DNA of 64,000 bases from Candidatus Hydrogenedentota bacterium. Lineage in GTDB: Bacteria; Hydrogenedentota; Hydrogenedentia; Hydrogenedentales; SLHB01. The notes under the pieces are model-generated. The model was not told the DNA's origin. It saw only the letters and a list, made by a program, of their open reading frames with translations, and searched no databases. This document shows positions 40,030 to 49,638 of the stretch, one piece after another. The DNA is taken from assembly GCA_045863335.1 (NCBI GenBank), contig BTVY01000001.1, positions 200,671 through 264,670 of the forward strand, in the 5' to 3' direction. Numbering within the stretch: position 1 is the stretch's first letter; the number at the start of each line of letters is the position of its first letter. Made by a program: the position numbers and the translations under genes.

Positions 40030-43000
40030 ATGACTTCATCGAAATGCCAGTTGCTTATCGCAGTTAACCTCATGCTTTCCGCCTTTGCCGTCGCGGACGC
40101 CAACCACTTCCCCGGCGAACAATGGGAATTGCGCGCACCCGCCGACGCGGGCATGGACGATGCCGCGTTGGAATCGCTCGCGGCGACGCTCGGCGGCCGG
40201 GGTTGCGTCGTGAAGGATGGGTATGTCGTCAAAGCCTGGGGCGATCAGGCGGAGCGCAGCGATTGGTTGTCGTCAGCAAAGCCCGTGCTCAGCACCCTGC
40301 TCTTCTTCGCGATACAGGAAGGAAAGGTCGAGAGCGTCGACCAGAGGATCGCCGATTTTGGTTGGCCCCTCGAAGGGAAGGACGCGGGCATCACGTTCCG
40401 CCATCTTGGCGCGATGAGCAGCGGATACGCCCGGCCCGACGACCCCGGCGAAGCGTGGGCCTACAACGACTTTGCCATTCAGCTTTATCAGCAGACGCTG
40501 TTCGACAAGATCTTCGGCGGCGAGCCCGATGCAACGGCCGCCGACCCGAGTCGATTCGGCGCGCTCCAAATGGAAGACGGCCTCGACTTCTCCAACGACA
40601 AACGCCGCTTGAAGGCGTCCGTGCGCGACTTCGCACGAATCGCGTGGTTCTGGTTGAATCGCGGCAAATGGGGCGGCCAGCAGGTCCTGGATGCGCGGTT
40701 CTTCGACGAGTACATGCGGCCGCAAACGCCTGAGGATCTCCCTCACACGCAGGAAGCCGAAACCAACGACTATCTTGGCATCGGCTCCTTTGGCGGCGGC
40801 TCCGACCATTTCACGAAGTTCGGCGCGGGGATCTACGGCTTCAATTGGTGGTTCAACGGCACGGGCCGCTTGCATCCCGACGCGCTCACGTGGCCCGGCG
40901 CGCCCGCCGATACCATCATGTCCATCGGCTTCGGCGGCAACTGCTCCGTCATCATTCCGGGCATGAACCTCGTCCTCGCGTCCGCCAAAGGGGATTGGGG
41001 AAAACTGGATGCAGGCAATCCCGACTCCGAGTTCAATCGTAACATCGCGCTGCTTGTGAGCGCGGTCAAGAACGGAACTCAAGCCCAACCCGCAACGCAG
41101 GACTTGGACGAAGTCACGTTGTTGGACGACGGGTTTGACGCGCTACGACCGGGCAACCTCTTTGCCGTGGTCGGCGCCCACGCCGAATACCACTATGTGC
41201 CCGAGACGGAACCCAAAGCCGGTTGGTCGGTTTCGGCGTTCACCTCGTCATCACTGTCGCAGCTGGCATGGAAGGTCGTGCGCGAAGGCGACGATGCGGT
41301 GCTTACGCAAACCTACCGCAACAAGGCGAGACACACGCATCCGCTGGTAACCACGGGCGATGCGCTGTGGTCGGACTACACGGCGTCGGTGCGGTTCGCA
41401 CCAACCGTTGAAGGGCGCTCCGGCGTCGCCTTTCGCATGCACAACGACCGCTGCTATTACTTTTTCGGAGTCGAAGGGCAGCGCGCCGTCTTGATGCGCG
41501 TCAAGCATGCGACGGCATTTCGCCAACCTGCCGAGGAGGTACTGGCCGAGGAACCCTTCACCTGGAAGCCCTTTGAATACCTCGACGCGACCGTTACTGC
41601 AAAGGGTCAATCACTTGAATGCACCCTGAACGGCCAAGTGACGTTGACCGCAAATGACGACACGTTCCAGCGCGGCGGCATTGGTCTCTTGTCGGACGCG
41701 CGCGCGCGTTATACCCACGTGAACGTCACGACCAGTACGGCCGCGGCGGATGCGTTTGCGCGAGAGCGGGCGGAAAAGCTTGCGGAGGAGGAGCGCCTGC
41801 AAGCAGAGAATCCCAAGCTCTTGCTGTGGAAGCGCGTGGAGACCCGGGACTTCGGCGTAGGACGCAATGTGCGGTTCGGCGACTTGAACGGCGATGGTCA
41901 GATCGACGTGCTGATCGGGCAAGTGCGCCATCACGGGCCCAAGGATCGCAACAGCGAGTTGAGCTGCCTTACCGCGCTTACGTTTGATGGCGACATCCTC
42001 TGGCAAATCGGCGAACCGGATCCGTGGAAGGACAATCTCACCAACGATGTGGCCTTTCAGATCTACGATTTGGATGGCGACGGCGCCAACGAGGTCGTGT
42101 ATTGCATGAACATGGAGATCGTCGTAGCGGACGGTGCGACGGGCGAGACCAAGTACAAACAGCCCACGCCGGCGATGCCCGCTTCGACGCCGGAACCCTA
42201 TAACAAGTTCCCGCGCATTCTGGGCGACAGCGTTTACTTCTGCGACTTGCGGGGCGTCGGGCGGCCTACCGACATCATCCTGAAAGACCGCTACCGGAAC
42301 TTCTGGGCCTTAACCGACAAACTGGAGATTCAGTGGTACGGAGAATGCAACACGGGCCACTATCCCTACGCCTTCGACACTGACGGCGACGGCCGGCAGG
42401 AACTGGCAATCGGCTACTCGCTCTATTCGCCGGACGGCAACATACTCTGGTCGCTCGACGACACGATTGAAGATCACGCCGATGGCGTAGCCATCGTGAA
42501 CTACGGCGGTCCGGCGCAAGAGCCACGGCTCATGTGCGCGGCGAGCGATGAGGGCATGTTCTTCGCGACTCTGAAAGGCGAAGTTCTCAAGCACCACTAC
42601 CTCGGACACGTGCAGAATCCTGCCGTGGCGAACTTCCGCGATGATTTGCCGGGACTCGAGACGGTGTCTATCAACTTCTGGGGTAACCAAGGCATCATTC
42701 ACTTCTTCGATGCGGCGGGAGACATCTACCACGACTTCGAGCCGGTCCAGCACGGAAGTATGTGCCTTCCCATCAATTGGACCGGGAACAGCGAAGAGTT
42801 TTTTGTGCTGTCCGCGAATCCTGAGTATGGTGGAATGTACGATGGATATGGGCGGCGGGTCGTGCGCTTTCCGGCCGACGGACATCCTGACCTTTGCAAC
42901 GCGGTACTCGACATCACGGGCGACTGTCGGGACGAAATAGTGGTATGGGATCCGCAAGAAATCTGGGTTTACACGCAGGACGATGGCGTCAAGACCGGCG

Positions 43001-43083
43001 ATCTATACCGGCCAACGCGAAATCCGCTGTACAACTACTCGAACTATCAGGCGACCGTGTCACTCCCGGGATCTTCCAATTAG
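40030..43083 (+). CDS. Secreted multidomain protein: beta-lactamase-like serine hydrolase + beta-sandwich + PL11/FG-GAP-like propeller
   Basis: Signal peptide; SxxK (SSAK); repeated DxxGDG loops (DLNGDG, DLDGDG, DTDGDG, DITGD); NTGHY; HADG. Confidence 0.75.
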   Translation: MTSSKCQLLIAVNLMLSAFAVADANHFPGEQWELRAPADAGMDDAALESLAATLGGRGCVVKDGYVVKAWGDQAERSDWLSSAKPVLSTLLFFAIQEGKVESVDQRIADFGWPLEGKDAGITFRHLGAMSSGYARPDDPGEAWAYNDFAIQLYQQTLFDKIFGGEPDATAADPSRFGALQMEDGLDFSNDKRRLKASVRDFARIAWFWLNRGKWGGQQVLDARFFDEYMRPQTPEDLPHTQEAETNDYLGIGSFGGGSDHFTKFGAGIYGFNWWFNGTGRLHPDALTWPGAPADTIMSIGFGGNCSVIIPGMNLVLASAKGDWGKLDAGNPDSEFNRNIALLVSAVKNGTQAQPATQDLDEVTLLDDGFDALRPGNLFAVVGAHAEYHYVPETEPKAGWSVSAFTSSSLSQLAWKVVREGDDAVLTQTYRNKARHTHPLVTTGDALWSDYTASVRFAPTVEGRSGVAFRMHNDRCYYFFGVEGQRAVLMRVKHATAFRQPAEEVLAEEPFTWKPFEYLDATVTAKGQSLECTLNGQVTLTANDDTFQRGGIGLLSDARARYTHVNVTTSTAAADAFARERAEKLAEEERLQAENPKLLLWKRVETRDFGVGRNVRFGDLNGDGQIDVLIGQVRHHGPKDRNSELSCLTALTFDGDILWQIGEPDPWKDNLTNDVAFQIYDLDGDGANEVVYCMNMEIVVADGATGETKYKQPTPAMPASTPEPYNKFPRILGDSVYFCDLRGVGRPTDIILKDRYRNFWALTDKLEIQWYGECNTGHYPYAFDTDGDGRQELAIGYSLYSPDGNILWSLDDTIEDHADGVAIVNYGGPAQEPRLMCAASDEGMFFATLKGEVLKHHYLGHVQNPAVANFRDDLPGLETVSINFWGNQGIIHFFDAAGDIYHDFEPVQHGSMCLPINWTGNSEEFFVLSANPEYGGMYDGYGRRVVRFPADGHPDLCNAVLDITGDCRDEIVVWDPQEIWVYTQDDGVKTGDLYRPTRNPLYNYSNYQATVSLPGSSN

Positions 43084-43095
43084 CGAAAGGTTGAC

Positions 43096-43602
43096 ATGGA
43101 TACCGGTACACCGAAATCCAACCAGGCTATGCGCGCCGCATTGGCGCTTGCGGGCTTCCTCGCGCTGAGCTACGGCGTGGCGGCGGTGGGCGGCATCGCG
43201 ACCAGCAGTTCCGTCAACACCTGGTACACGCAGATCGAGAAACCCTCCTGGACGCCTCCCGGCAGCGTCATCGGCACCGTGTGGAGCGTCCTGTACTTCC
43301 TCATGGCGCTCGCCGCGTGGCTCGTGTATCTGCGCGGCGGCGTGCGCGCGAATACGAAGCCGTTGGGATTGTGGGCCGTGCAACTCGCACTCAACCTCGC
43401 CTGGTCGTTTCTGTTCTTCGGCCTTCGAAACCCCGGCGCGGCATTGGTCGAACTGGCGCTGCTCTGGATCGCTATCGCGGCAACCACCGTCGCTTTCGCT
43501 CGCGTCCGAACCTCCGCGATGATCCTGATGCTCCCGTACCTCGCCTGGGTGACCTTCGCCGGCTTCCTCAATGCCACGGTCTGGCTAATGAATCGCGGCT
43601 GA
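43096..43602 (+). CDS. tspO: TspO/MBR tryptophan-rich sensory protein
   Basis: WY...KPSWTPP, QLALNLAWS, PYLAWVTFA. Confidence 0.93.
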   Translation: MDTGTPKSNQAMRAALALAGFLALSYGVAAVGGIATSSSVNTWYTQIEKPSWTPPGSVIGTVWSVLYFLMALAAWLVYLRGGVRANTKPLGLWAVQLALNLAWSFLFFGLRNPGAALVELALLWIAIAATTVAFARVRTSAMILMLPYLAWVTFAGFLNATVWLMNRG

Positions 43603-43695
43603 GTCGCTGCCCTGAATATCTCCCGGTATTTGCGTGTTACCCCTCAGAGAGTTCGTTCCCGGCTCAATGATTCTGCGGACAGGAGGTGATTCGCC

Positions 43696-45009
43696 ATGGC
43701 GGAACGGCACCGGGTGGTCATTATCGGCGGCGGGTTCGGAGGTCTACATGCCGCACGCCAGCTTCGGCAAGCCGATGTCGATGTGACCCTCATCGACAAG
43801 CGCAACTTCCATCTGTTCCAGCCGCTGCTGTATCAAGTCGCGACGGGCGCCCTCTCCCCCGCCAACATCGCGGCGCCGCTGCGCGCGGTATTCCGAAATC
43901 AACCAAACGTGCGCGTGCTCCTGGCTGAGGTAACCGGATTCGACGTGCAGGAGCGGAAGGTACATTTTGAGAATGGGCACGTTCCCTACGACACGCTCAT
44001 TGTCGCGGCCGGATCCGACAACGCGTACTTCGGTCACGACGAATGGCGCAGCCTCGCGCCGGGGCTGAAGACAGTAGAAGACGCCACGGAAATCCGCCGT
44101 CGCATCCTGCTCGCATTCGAGAAAGCAGAACTCGAGACCGACCCAAACGAAGTGAAGGCCCTCATGACCTTTGTCGTCGCGGGGGGCGGACCCACAGGAG
44201 TCGAATTATCCGGAGCGTTGGAGGAGATCGCGAATCATTCGCTGCGGCACAACTTCCGCACCATCCATCCCAGGGATACCCGCGTGATTCTGGCGGATGC
44301 CGCGGACCGTGTCCTGCCTCCTTTTCCCCCGGAGTTGTCCGAGGCGGCCGAACGTTCGCTGAAACGGCTCGGCGTGCAAGTCGAGAATGGAACGATGGTC
44401 GTCGACGTGCAACCCGGCTACGTCCTGCTCAAGCGTAATGGCACAGAAGAGCGCGTTGCCACGCATACCGTCCTTTGGGCGGCGGGCGTTCACGCCTGTA
44501 AGCTGGCCTCCACGCTGGCAGAGGCGACCGGTGCGCAGACCGACCGGCACGGACAGATTGTCGTGGAGCCCGACTTGATCATCCCGGGACATCCGGAGAT
44601 CTTCGTCATCGGCGACATGGCGCATGCAGTAGATTCGAAGTCCGGCAAACCGCTACCGGGTGTCGCGCAAGTGGCCATTCAAGAAGGTCGCTATGCGGCG
44701 AAGACGATTCGGGCGAGACTACAGGGCAAGAGGCTACCGCCGTTCAAATACCGCAACCTGGGCAACCTGGCGACGATTGGACGCGCCTCTGCCGTCGCCG
44801 ATTTCGGACGCATCAAGATCTCGGGGTTCACCGCATGGGTCCTGTGGCTATTCGTGCACCTCATGCACCTGGTGCAATTCCAGAACCGCGTGCTCGTGTT
44901 TTTCCAATGGGCCTGGTGCTACCTCACCTGGAACCGCGCAGCGCGATTGATCACCGGGCACGATGGGATCGCAAAGGAAGCCGAGGAACCTGTCGCTTCT
45001 TCAAAGTAG
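43696..45009 (+). CDS. ndh: Type II NADH dehydrogenase
   Basis: GGGFGG, FQPLLYQVATG, GGGPTGVE, AQVAIQ; RBS AGGAGG. Confidence 0.9.
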   Translation: MAERHRVVIIGGGFGGLHAARQLRQADVDVTLIDKRNFHLFQPLLYQVATGALSPANIAAPLRAVFRNQPNVRVLLAEVTGFDVQERKVHFENGHVPYDTLIVAAGSDNAYFGHDEWRSLAPGLKTVEDATEIRRRILLAFEKAELETDPNEVKALMTFVVAGGGPTGVELSGALEEIANHSLRHNFRTIHPRDTRVILADAADRVLPPFPPELSEAAERSLKRLGVQVENGTMVVDVQPGYVLLKRNGTEERVATHTVLWAAGVHACKLASTLAEATGAQTDRHGQIVVEPDLIIPGHPEIFVIGDMAHAVDSKSGKPLPGVAQVAIQEGRYAAKTIRARLQGKRLPPFKYRNLGNLATIGRASAVADFGRIKISGFTAWVLWLFVHLMHLVQFQNRVLVFFQWAWCYLTWNRAARLITGHDGIAKEAEEPVASSK

Positions 45010-45081
45010 ACCCCTGAATCCGATCTAGTGTCCAAGACCCTGGGTTCGTTCATTACGATCGTGTGCAAGAGCCGTTTAAAG

Positions 45082-45113
45082 TCCCCCTTTGAAGGGGGAT
45101 TTAGGGGGATGTT
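45082..45113. repeat. Solo arm of the CCCCCTT..AAGGGGG repeat family between convergent ndh and serC
   Basis: TCCCCCTTTGAAGGGGGATTTAGGGGGATGTT. Confidence 0.8.
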
Positions 45114-45134
45114 CCCTTAGATGACTCCAGTATA

Positions 45135-46226
45135 CTAGCAATTCTTCGCGCGGAACTCCGTCATGAAGTCCACAAGCGCTTCGACGCCCTCGAGGGTCAT
45201 GGCGTTGTAAATGGACGCGCGAATGCCGCCCACGGAACGATGTCCCTTCAATCCGTGCATGCCCGCCGCCGTGGCTTCTTTCACGAACTGTTGTTCGAGT
45301 TCCTCGCTCGGCAGACGCCACGTCACGTTCATCACGGAGCGCGCCTCTTTCACCGCGTGGCCGCGATAGAATCCGCCGCTGCCGTCGATCATGGTGTAGA
45401 GCAGGCGGGCCTTCTTCTTGTTAAGCGAAGCGACTTCTTCCAGCCCGCCGATGTCGTCCAACAACCACTGGGTCACCAGCTTGATCATGTAGATGGCGAA
45501 GCATGGCGGGGTGTTGTACAGCGAGTCGTTGTCCGCGGCGATCTTGTAATCGAGCATGGACGGCAGGCCTTCTGGCACCCGCGCCAGCAGGTCGTCCCGA
45601 ATGATGACCAGCGCAACGCCCGAAGGTCCTATGTTCTTCTGCGCGCCGGCGTAGATGAGGCCGTATTTCTCGATGGGCAGCGGCCGCGAAAGAATGTCCG
45701 AAGACGCGTCGCAAACCAGCGGCACGTCGCCGGTCTCAGGCTCCACGAAAAACTCCACGCCTTCGATCGTTTCGTTGGAGGTGAAGTGGCAATACGCCGC
45801 CTTGGGATCCAGCTTCAGTTCATCCTGCTGCGGAAGCCGGTTGAACCCTTCCTCCTTGCCGGTCCACGCAACATTGACGGTGCCCGACTTCTTCGCTTCT
45901 TTCAGGGCCTTGTTGCCCCACGAACCCGTCAGAATGTAGTCCGCGCTATTGCCTTCCCCGAGAAAGTTCATGGGAATCATGGAGAACTGAAGCGATGCAC
46001 CGCCCTGAATGAACAGGACTTTGTAGTTTTCAGGCAGGTTCAGAAGCTTTTGAACGTTATCCTTCGCCCCAGCGAGCACTTCCGCGAACTGCTTAGACCG
46101 GTGACTGATCTCCATGACGGAAGCGCCGGCCCCGGGATAAACGAGCAGATTCTTCTGGGCCTCTTCCAACGCCGGCAGCGGCAATGCCGCCGGACCCGCG
46201 GAAAAGTTGTATACGCGCTGTGCCAT
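45135..46226 (-). CDS. serC: Phosphoserine aminotransferase
   Basis: YNFSAGPA, SHRS, GAQKNIGP, NTPP, GHRSVGGIRASIYNA; RBS AAGGAG. Confidence 0.96.
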   Translation of the reverse strand: MAQRVYNFSAGPAALPLPALEEAQKNLLVYPGAGASVMEISHRSKQFAEVLAGAKDNVQKLLNLPENYKVLFIQGGASLQFSMIPMNFLGEGNSADYILTGSWGNKALKEAKKSGTVNVAWTGKEEGFNRLPQQDELKLDPKAAYCHFTSNETIEGVEFFVEPETGDVPLVCDASSDILSRPLPIEKYGLIYAGAQKNIGPSGVALVIIRDDLLARVPEGLPSMLDYKIAADNDSLYNTPPCFAIYMIKLVTQWLLDDIGGLEEVASLNKKKARLLYTMIDGSGGFYRGHAVKEARSVMNVTWRLPSEELEQQFVKEATAAGMHGLKGHRSVGGIRASIYNAMTLEGVEALVDFMTEFRAKNC

Positions 46227-46393
46227 GGTCAGTACTCCTTCGTGCATACGTTTGTACGGGGCTATCCGGCGGTCGCCGGGGGTCTCTCCTGAACCATAGA
46301 TTCTATCTCCGTCGCGGACAACGCGTCAAATTGTGCTGCCGTTCTCGATTAGGCCAAAGCCGGTGATATCGCGCCTCCGAATATGCGTACCGG

Positions 46394-47989
46394 CTAGGGG
46401 GCAGCGGACGCCGGCCTGTCCATCGCCCAGAAGATCGCGTTCGTCAACAGTCTCGTGAACTCGGGCCGGTCGAAATCATCGGGATGCCCCAAACCGCTGT
46501 AAAACACGCGGGCGCCCTTGTACTCCCGGACCCACGTCAACGGCTCGGTCTGATCGGGAATCGAACCGGTCATCAGTACCGTCGCGTCCTCGGCGACCGG
46601 ACTCGTGTAGTACAAGGACCCGGTGCTGTGCCACGGTTCCGGCGAAAGATCCGCAAGCACGGGATGGGACTTCACCTCAGGAACGATCCGCACGTCGGTT
46701 CCCAACTCGTTCGGCCCATGATTGTGGTAGTTGCCGCCCAGTACCTCCGCGTCAAACTCCGGCCATTCGGCGCGTCCTTCGGGCACTTTGAAATCCGGCG
46801 GATCTTTGTAGTTCATCTTGAAGGCATGGCTGGCGGTGCGTAGTCCGATGACCGGGCCGCCTCCGTTGACGTAATCCTGCAGCGCAGTCATCTGCGTTTC
46901 AGGAAGGGCGAGTCTCCGCACGTATACGATGGCGACGTCCGTGGTCTCGAGTTCCACCATACCCGGTATATCCGCTTCGCCCTGGCCGTGCAGGACGGTG
47001 CAGTAGAGTCCATGCTTCTCACGAAGCTCTTGTGCAAACCGCGGCAAGGTCTCGTCCGCGCCGTAATGATCGTCGCTGACGATAAACGTCACGTGTGGCC
47101 GCGTATCCTGCGCAAAGCGAAACGCCGGTTGGTCCAACAGGTCGGTGCTCGTGAACGTCGGGCACCAGTATTGCTCGATATGCTCGATGATGAGTTCCGT
47201 GCCGCGCACGTGGCTGACCTTAGGCGGCATCTCGGGGTTGTACAAGGCGTCGGTCATATCGCGCATGAGCGCCACGTTCTTCCCGAGGTACACCATCTGC
47301 CGGATGCCGAATGGACGCCCGAGGATACACATGTTGGTGTGGACGCCGACGAGAATGACGTTCTCGATCCCCTGTTGTTCGAGGTAGTAGTAAACCTCCG
47401 CGCCTTCCCCGATCGCGTCCTCGTCCGCAATCTCGATCGCGTCGTGCTGATGGGTCTGCGGACGCGTCCCTCCCTCCACATGACCTTCCCAACCGCCATC
47501 GGAGTCGTCGATAGGCAATGGCGGTTCCCGGTCCGGGTTCAGATGGTTCCATTGCAGCGGGACTTCGGTGTCCACCTTCGGCGCGTCGAGGCAACGCTTC
47601 CGCTGCGGCCAATCGGCGTAATAGTCCGTGCAGCCGCTCGGCGCATGAACGATCGTCACCCCGCGCGCGCGCGCCGCCTTTAAGACTTCATTCATGCGAG
47701 GCGCCATCTCCGCCACGCGCGCCGCGACCACATCCGCGCGGAGCGTATCCCACATGTCGCACACGATGATTGCCGTCTTCGCGGGGTCCCAGTGGACGGT
47801 CTCGTAGGTGAAGTCGAGCCGGCCCTCGGACGACACCGAGCGGCTCCGCATAACGAGATCCAGCGCCGTGGATTCCGCGGCCGCGGCCTCCGCGAAGCAT
47901 GGGACGTATACGACCGATAAGACCAATAGGACAACAAGCAGCATCGCCCGACACGCACGGTCCCCAGCGATCATTGATTTCGTAAACAT
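46394..47989 (-). CDS. Secreted isochorismatase-like + ThuA-like fusion protein
   Basis: CDMWD, GVHTNMC; C-terminal GLRTASH, LGHPDDF; signal peptide. Confidence 0.8.
   Translation of the reverse strand: MFTKSMIAGDRACRAMLLVVLLVLSVVYVPCFAEAAAAESTALDLVMRSRSVSSEGRLDFTYETVHWDPAKTAIIVCDMWDTLRADVVAARVAEMAPRMNEVLKAARARGVTIVHAPSGCTDYYADWPQRKRCLDAPKVDTEVPLQWNHLNPDREPPLPIDDSDGGWEGHVEGGTRPQTHQHDAIEIADEDAIGEGAEVYYYLEQQGIENVILVGVHTNMCILGRPFGIRQMVYLGKNVALMRDMTDALYNPEMPPKVSHVRGTELIIEHIEQYWCPTFTSTDLLDQPAFRFAQDTRPHVTFIVSDDHYGADETLPRFAQELREKHGLYCTVLHGQGEADIPGMVELETTDVAIVYVRRLALPETQMTALQDYVNGGGPVIGLRTASHAFKMNYKDPPDFKVPEGRAEWPEFDAEVLGGNYHNHGPNELGTDVRIVPEVKSHPVLADLSPEPWHSTGSLYYTSPVAEDATVLMTGSIPDQTEPLTWVREYKGARVFYSGLGHPDDFDRPEFTRLLTNAIFWAMDRPASAAP
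47899..47934. repeat. 9-bp tandem array inside signal-peptide coding region
   Basis: ATGGGACGT ATACGACCG ATAAGACCA ATAGGACAA. Confidence 0.7.
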
Positions 47990-47992
47990 CTT

Positions 47993-48034
47993 CTCCAGCC
48001 TCCGGTCTCCAGCCTCCAGCCTCCAGCCTCCAGC
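47993..48034. repeat. Heptamer tandem repeat CTCCAGC x6 filling the intergenic spacer
   Basis: Five exact units plus one variant CTCCGGT. Confidence 0.9.
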
Positions 48035-48035
48035 C

Positions 48036-49343
48036 TCATCCTAGCGTCCACGGCTTCCGGTACTCGTAGTGAAGCAACTCGTTCGCTTCCGTGCTGTTCG
48101 TGATCTGTTCGCGCTCGGCGTCCCACTCCAGGCGCAACTGGGTGGCCAGGGAAATATTCGCGAGCAGACTGAAGGTCGTAGAACGATGCCCGATCTCCAC
48201 ATCCGCGTTCGGCTTCTCGCGGGACTTCACGCAATCGAGGAAATTGCGCGCATGCATGGCCGTCAACGCCGCGTTGCTGCCCGGTTCCTCGTCCGTCATA
48301 GGCTCCATGCGCGGTTCGGAATCCTGGAACTGGCCACCGCGTTCGGGGACAATCTCGAAGCTGGGACCCGACGCGTAAACCGTCCCCAAGGTGCCGCGCA
48401 ATTCCACTTCGCCTTTGCGCATGGCCGGCGCACCGCTGGCTTCATACTGGCCGAAGATGGCGAGGCGGCCCGAGGCGAATTGGAAGTTCGCTTCGAGCGT
48501 ATCGGGGACCGTGCGGTCGTCATCCACCACAAACCGGCCGCCCATGGCACAGATGGACGCTGGCGCGAGTTCTCCCGTCATCCACCGGATCGCGTCGAGA
48601 TAGTGGACGCCCCAGTTCCCCATCTGCGACGAGTACAGTTTCCACCAGCGGAAGTTGTAGGGGCAGATGTTGTCCTGATAAGGCCGCTCGGGGCGCGGAC
48701 CCAGCCACATGTCCCAATCGAGATCGGCGGGCGGATCGGAATGCGGCAGCTTGCCGATGCCGTCGGGATACATGTTGCTCAATCGATAACAGCGGCCGAC
48801 AGTCACGTAGCCAATTTTGCCGCTCTGCACGATCTCGGCCAGCCGATGATAAAGCGGCGACGAGCGGCGGTGCGTGCCAACCTGTACGACGCGGTTGTTG
48901 CGCCGCGCGGCTTCGACCATCCGTCGGCCTTCATGAACCGTGATGGATAGCGGCTTCTCGACGTACACGTCCTTACCCGAATCGCAGGCCATGATCGTCT
49001 GGATAGCGTGCCAATGATCGGGCGTGGCGATGACCACCGCATCGAGATCGTTCCGTTCGATGAGCTTGCGGAAGTCGGTATACGAGTCAACGTCGCGGCC
49101 CAGTTGCTCTTTCGTCTTCTCGATGTAGGGCTGGTAGACATCGCAAATGGCCGCGACTTCCATGTCCGGTTGCTCGCAGAACGCCTCGACCAGTTGTCCG
49201 CCCCGATTCCCCACACCGATGAAACCCAGGCGTACCTTCTCGTTTGCGCTCGCATCTTGCGCACGCGCGGAACGCGTTGCCGCCGCGCCCAAAGCCGCCG
49301 CGCCAGTGCCGATGAATGTCCGCCGAGTGATCTCGCTATGCAT
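48036..49343 (-). CDS. Tat-exported Gfo/Idh/MocA oxidoreductase
   Basis: TRRTFI; IGVGNRG; TPDHWH; VEKP; NWGVHYLD. Confidence 0.92.
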   Translation of the reverse strand: MHSEITRRTFIGTGAAALGAAATRSARAQDASANEKVRLGFIGVGNRGGQLVEAFCEQPDMEVAAICDVYQPYIEKTKEQLGRDVDSYTDFRKLIERNDLDAVVIATPDHWHAIQTIMACDSGKDVYVEKPLSITVHEGRRMVEAARRNNRVVQVGTHRRSSPLYHRLAEIVQSGKIGYVTVGRCYRLSNMYPDGIGKLPHSDPPADLDWDMWLGPRPERPYQDNICPYNFRWWKLYSSQMGNWGVHYLDAIRWMTGELAPASICAMGGRFVVDDDRTVPDTLEANFQFASGRLAIFGQYEASGAPAMRKGEVELRGTLGTVYASGPSFEIVPERGGQFQDSEPRMEPMTDEEPGSNAALTAMHARNFLDCVKSREKPNADVEIGHRSTTFSLLANISLATQLRLEWDAEREQITNSTEANELLHYEYRKPWTLG

Positions 49344-49384
49344 CGTAAGCTCCCTTTCTCAAAAACCAACAGCCTCACACAAAG

Positions 49385-49602
49385 AACATCCCCCTTGATC
49401 CCCCTTCGAAGGGGGAGTCGCGTTACGTCGCGATCTTGGCATGTGCCGATCGATTGCCTGACACGTCGTCGTGGATATACCGCGCAACGCTTCGCGTTGC
49501 GCAGGCAAAGCGAGGGGTCTCGCGTTGGGAACGGCACAGGAACTGCGGCTCAATAGTGATGCTGGGCAATTCCCCCTTTGAAGGGGGATCAAGGGGGATG
49601 TT
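49385..49602. repeat. MITE/REPIN-like element, copy 2 (inverted relative to copy 1)
   Basis: Same ~33-bp terminal inverted repeats; internal hairpin GCGCAACGC-TTC-GCGTTGCGC at 49482-49502. Confidence 0.85.
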
Positions 49603-49638
49603 TCTTCGACCATGTCCACCCCTTTTCGTTGACGCAAA

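Noticed and set aside
40030-41080. Beta-lactam resistance gene
   Set aside because: The SxxK fold is shared with many esterases and amidases; fusion to a glycan-lyase-like domain argues against a resistance role.
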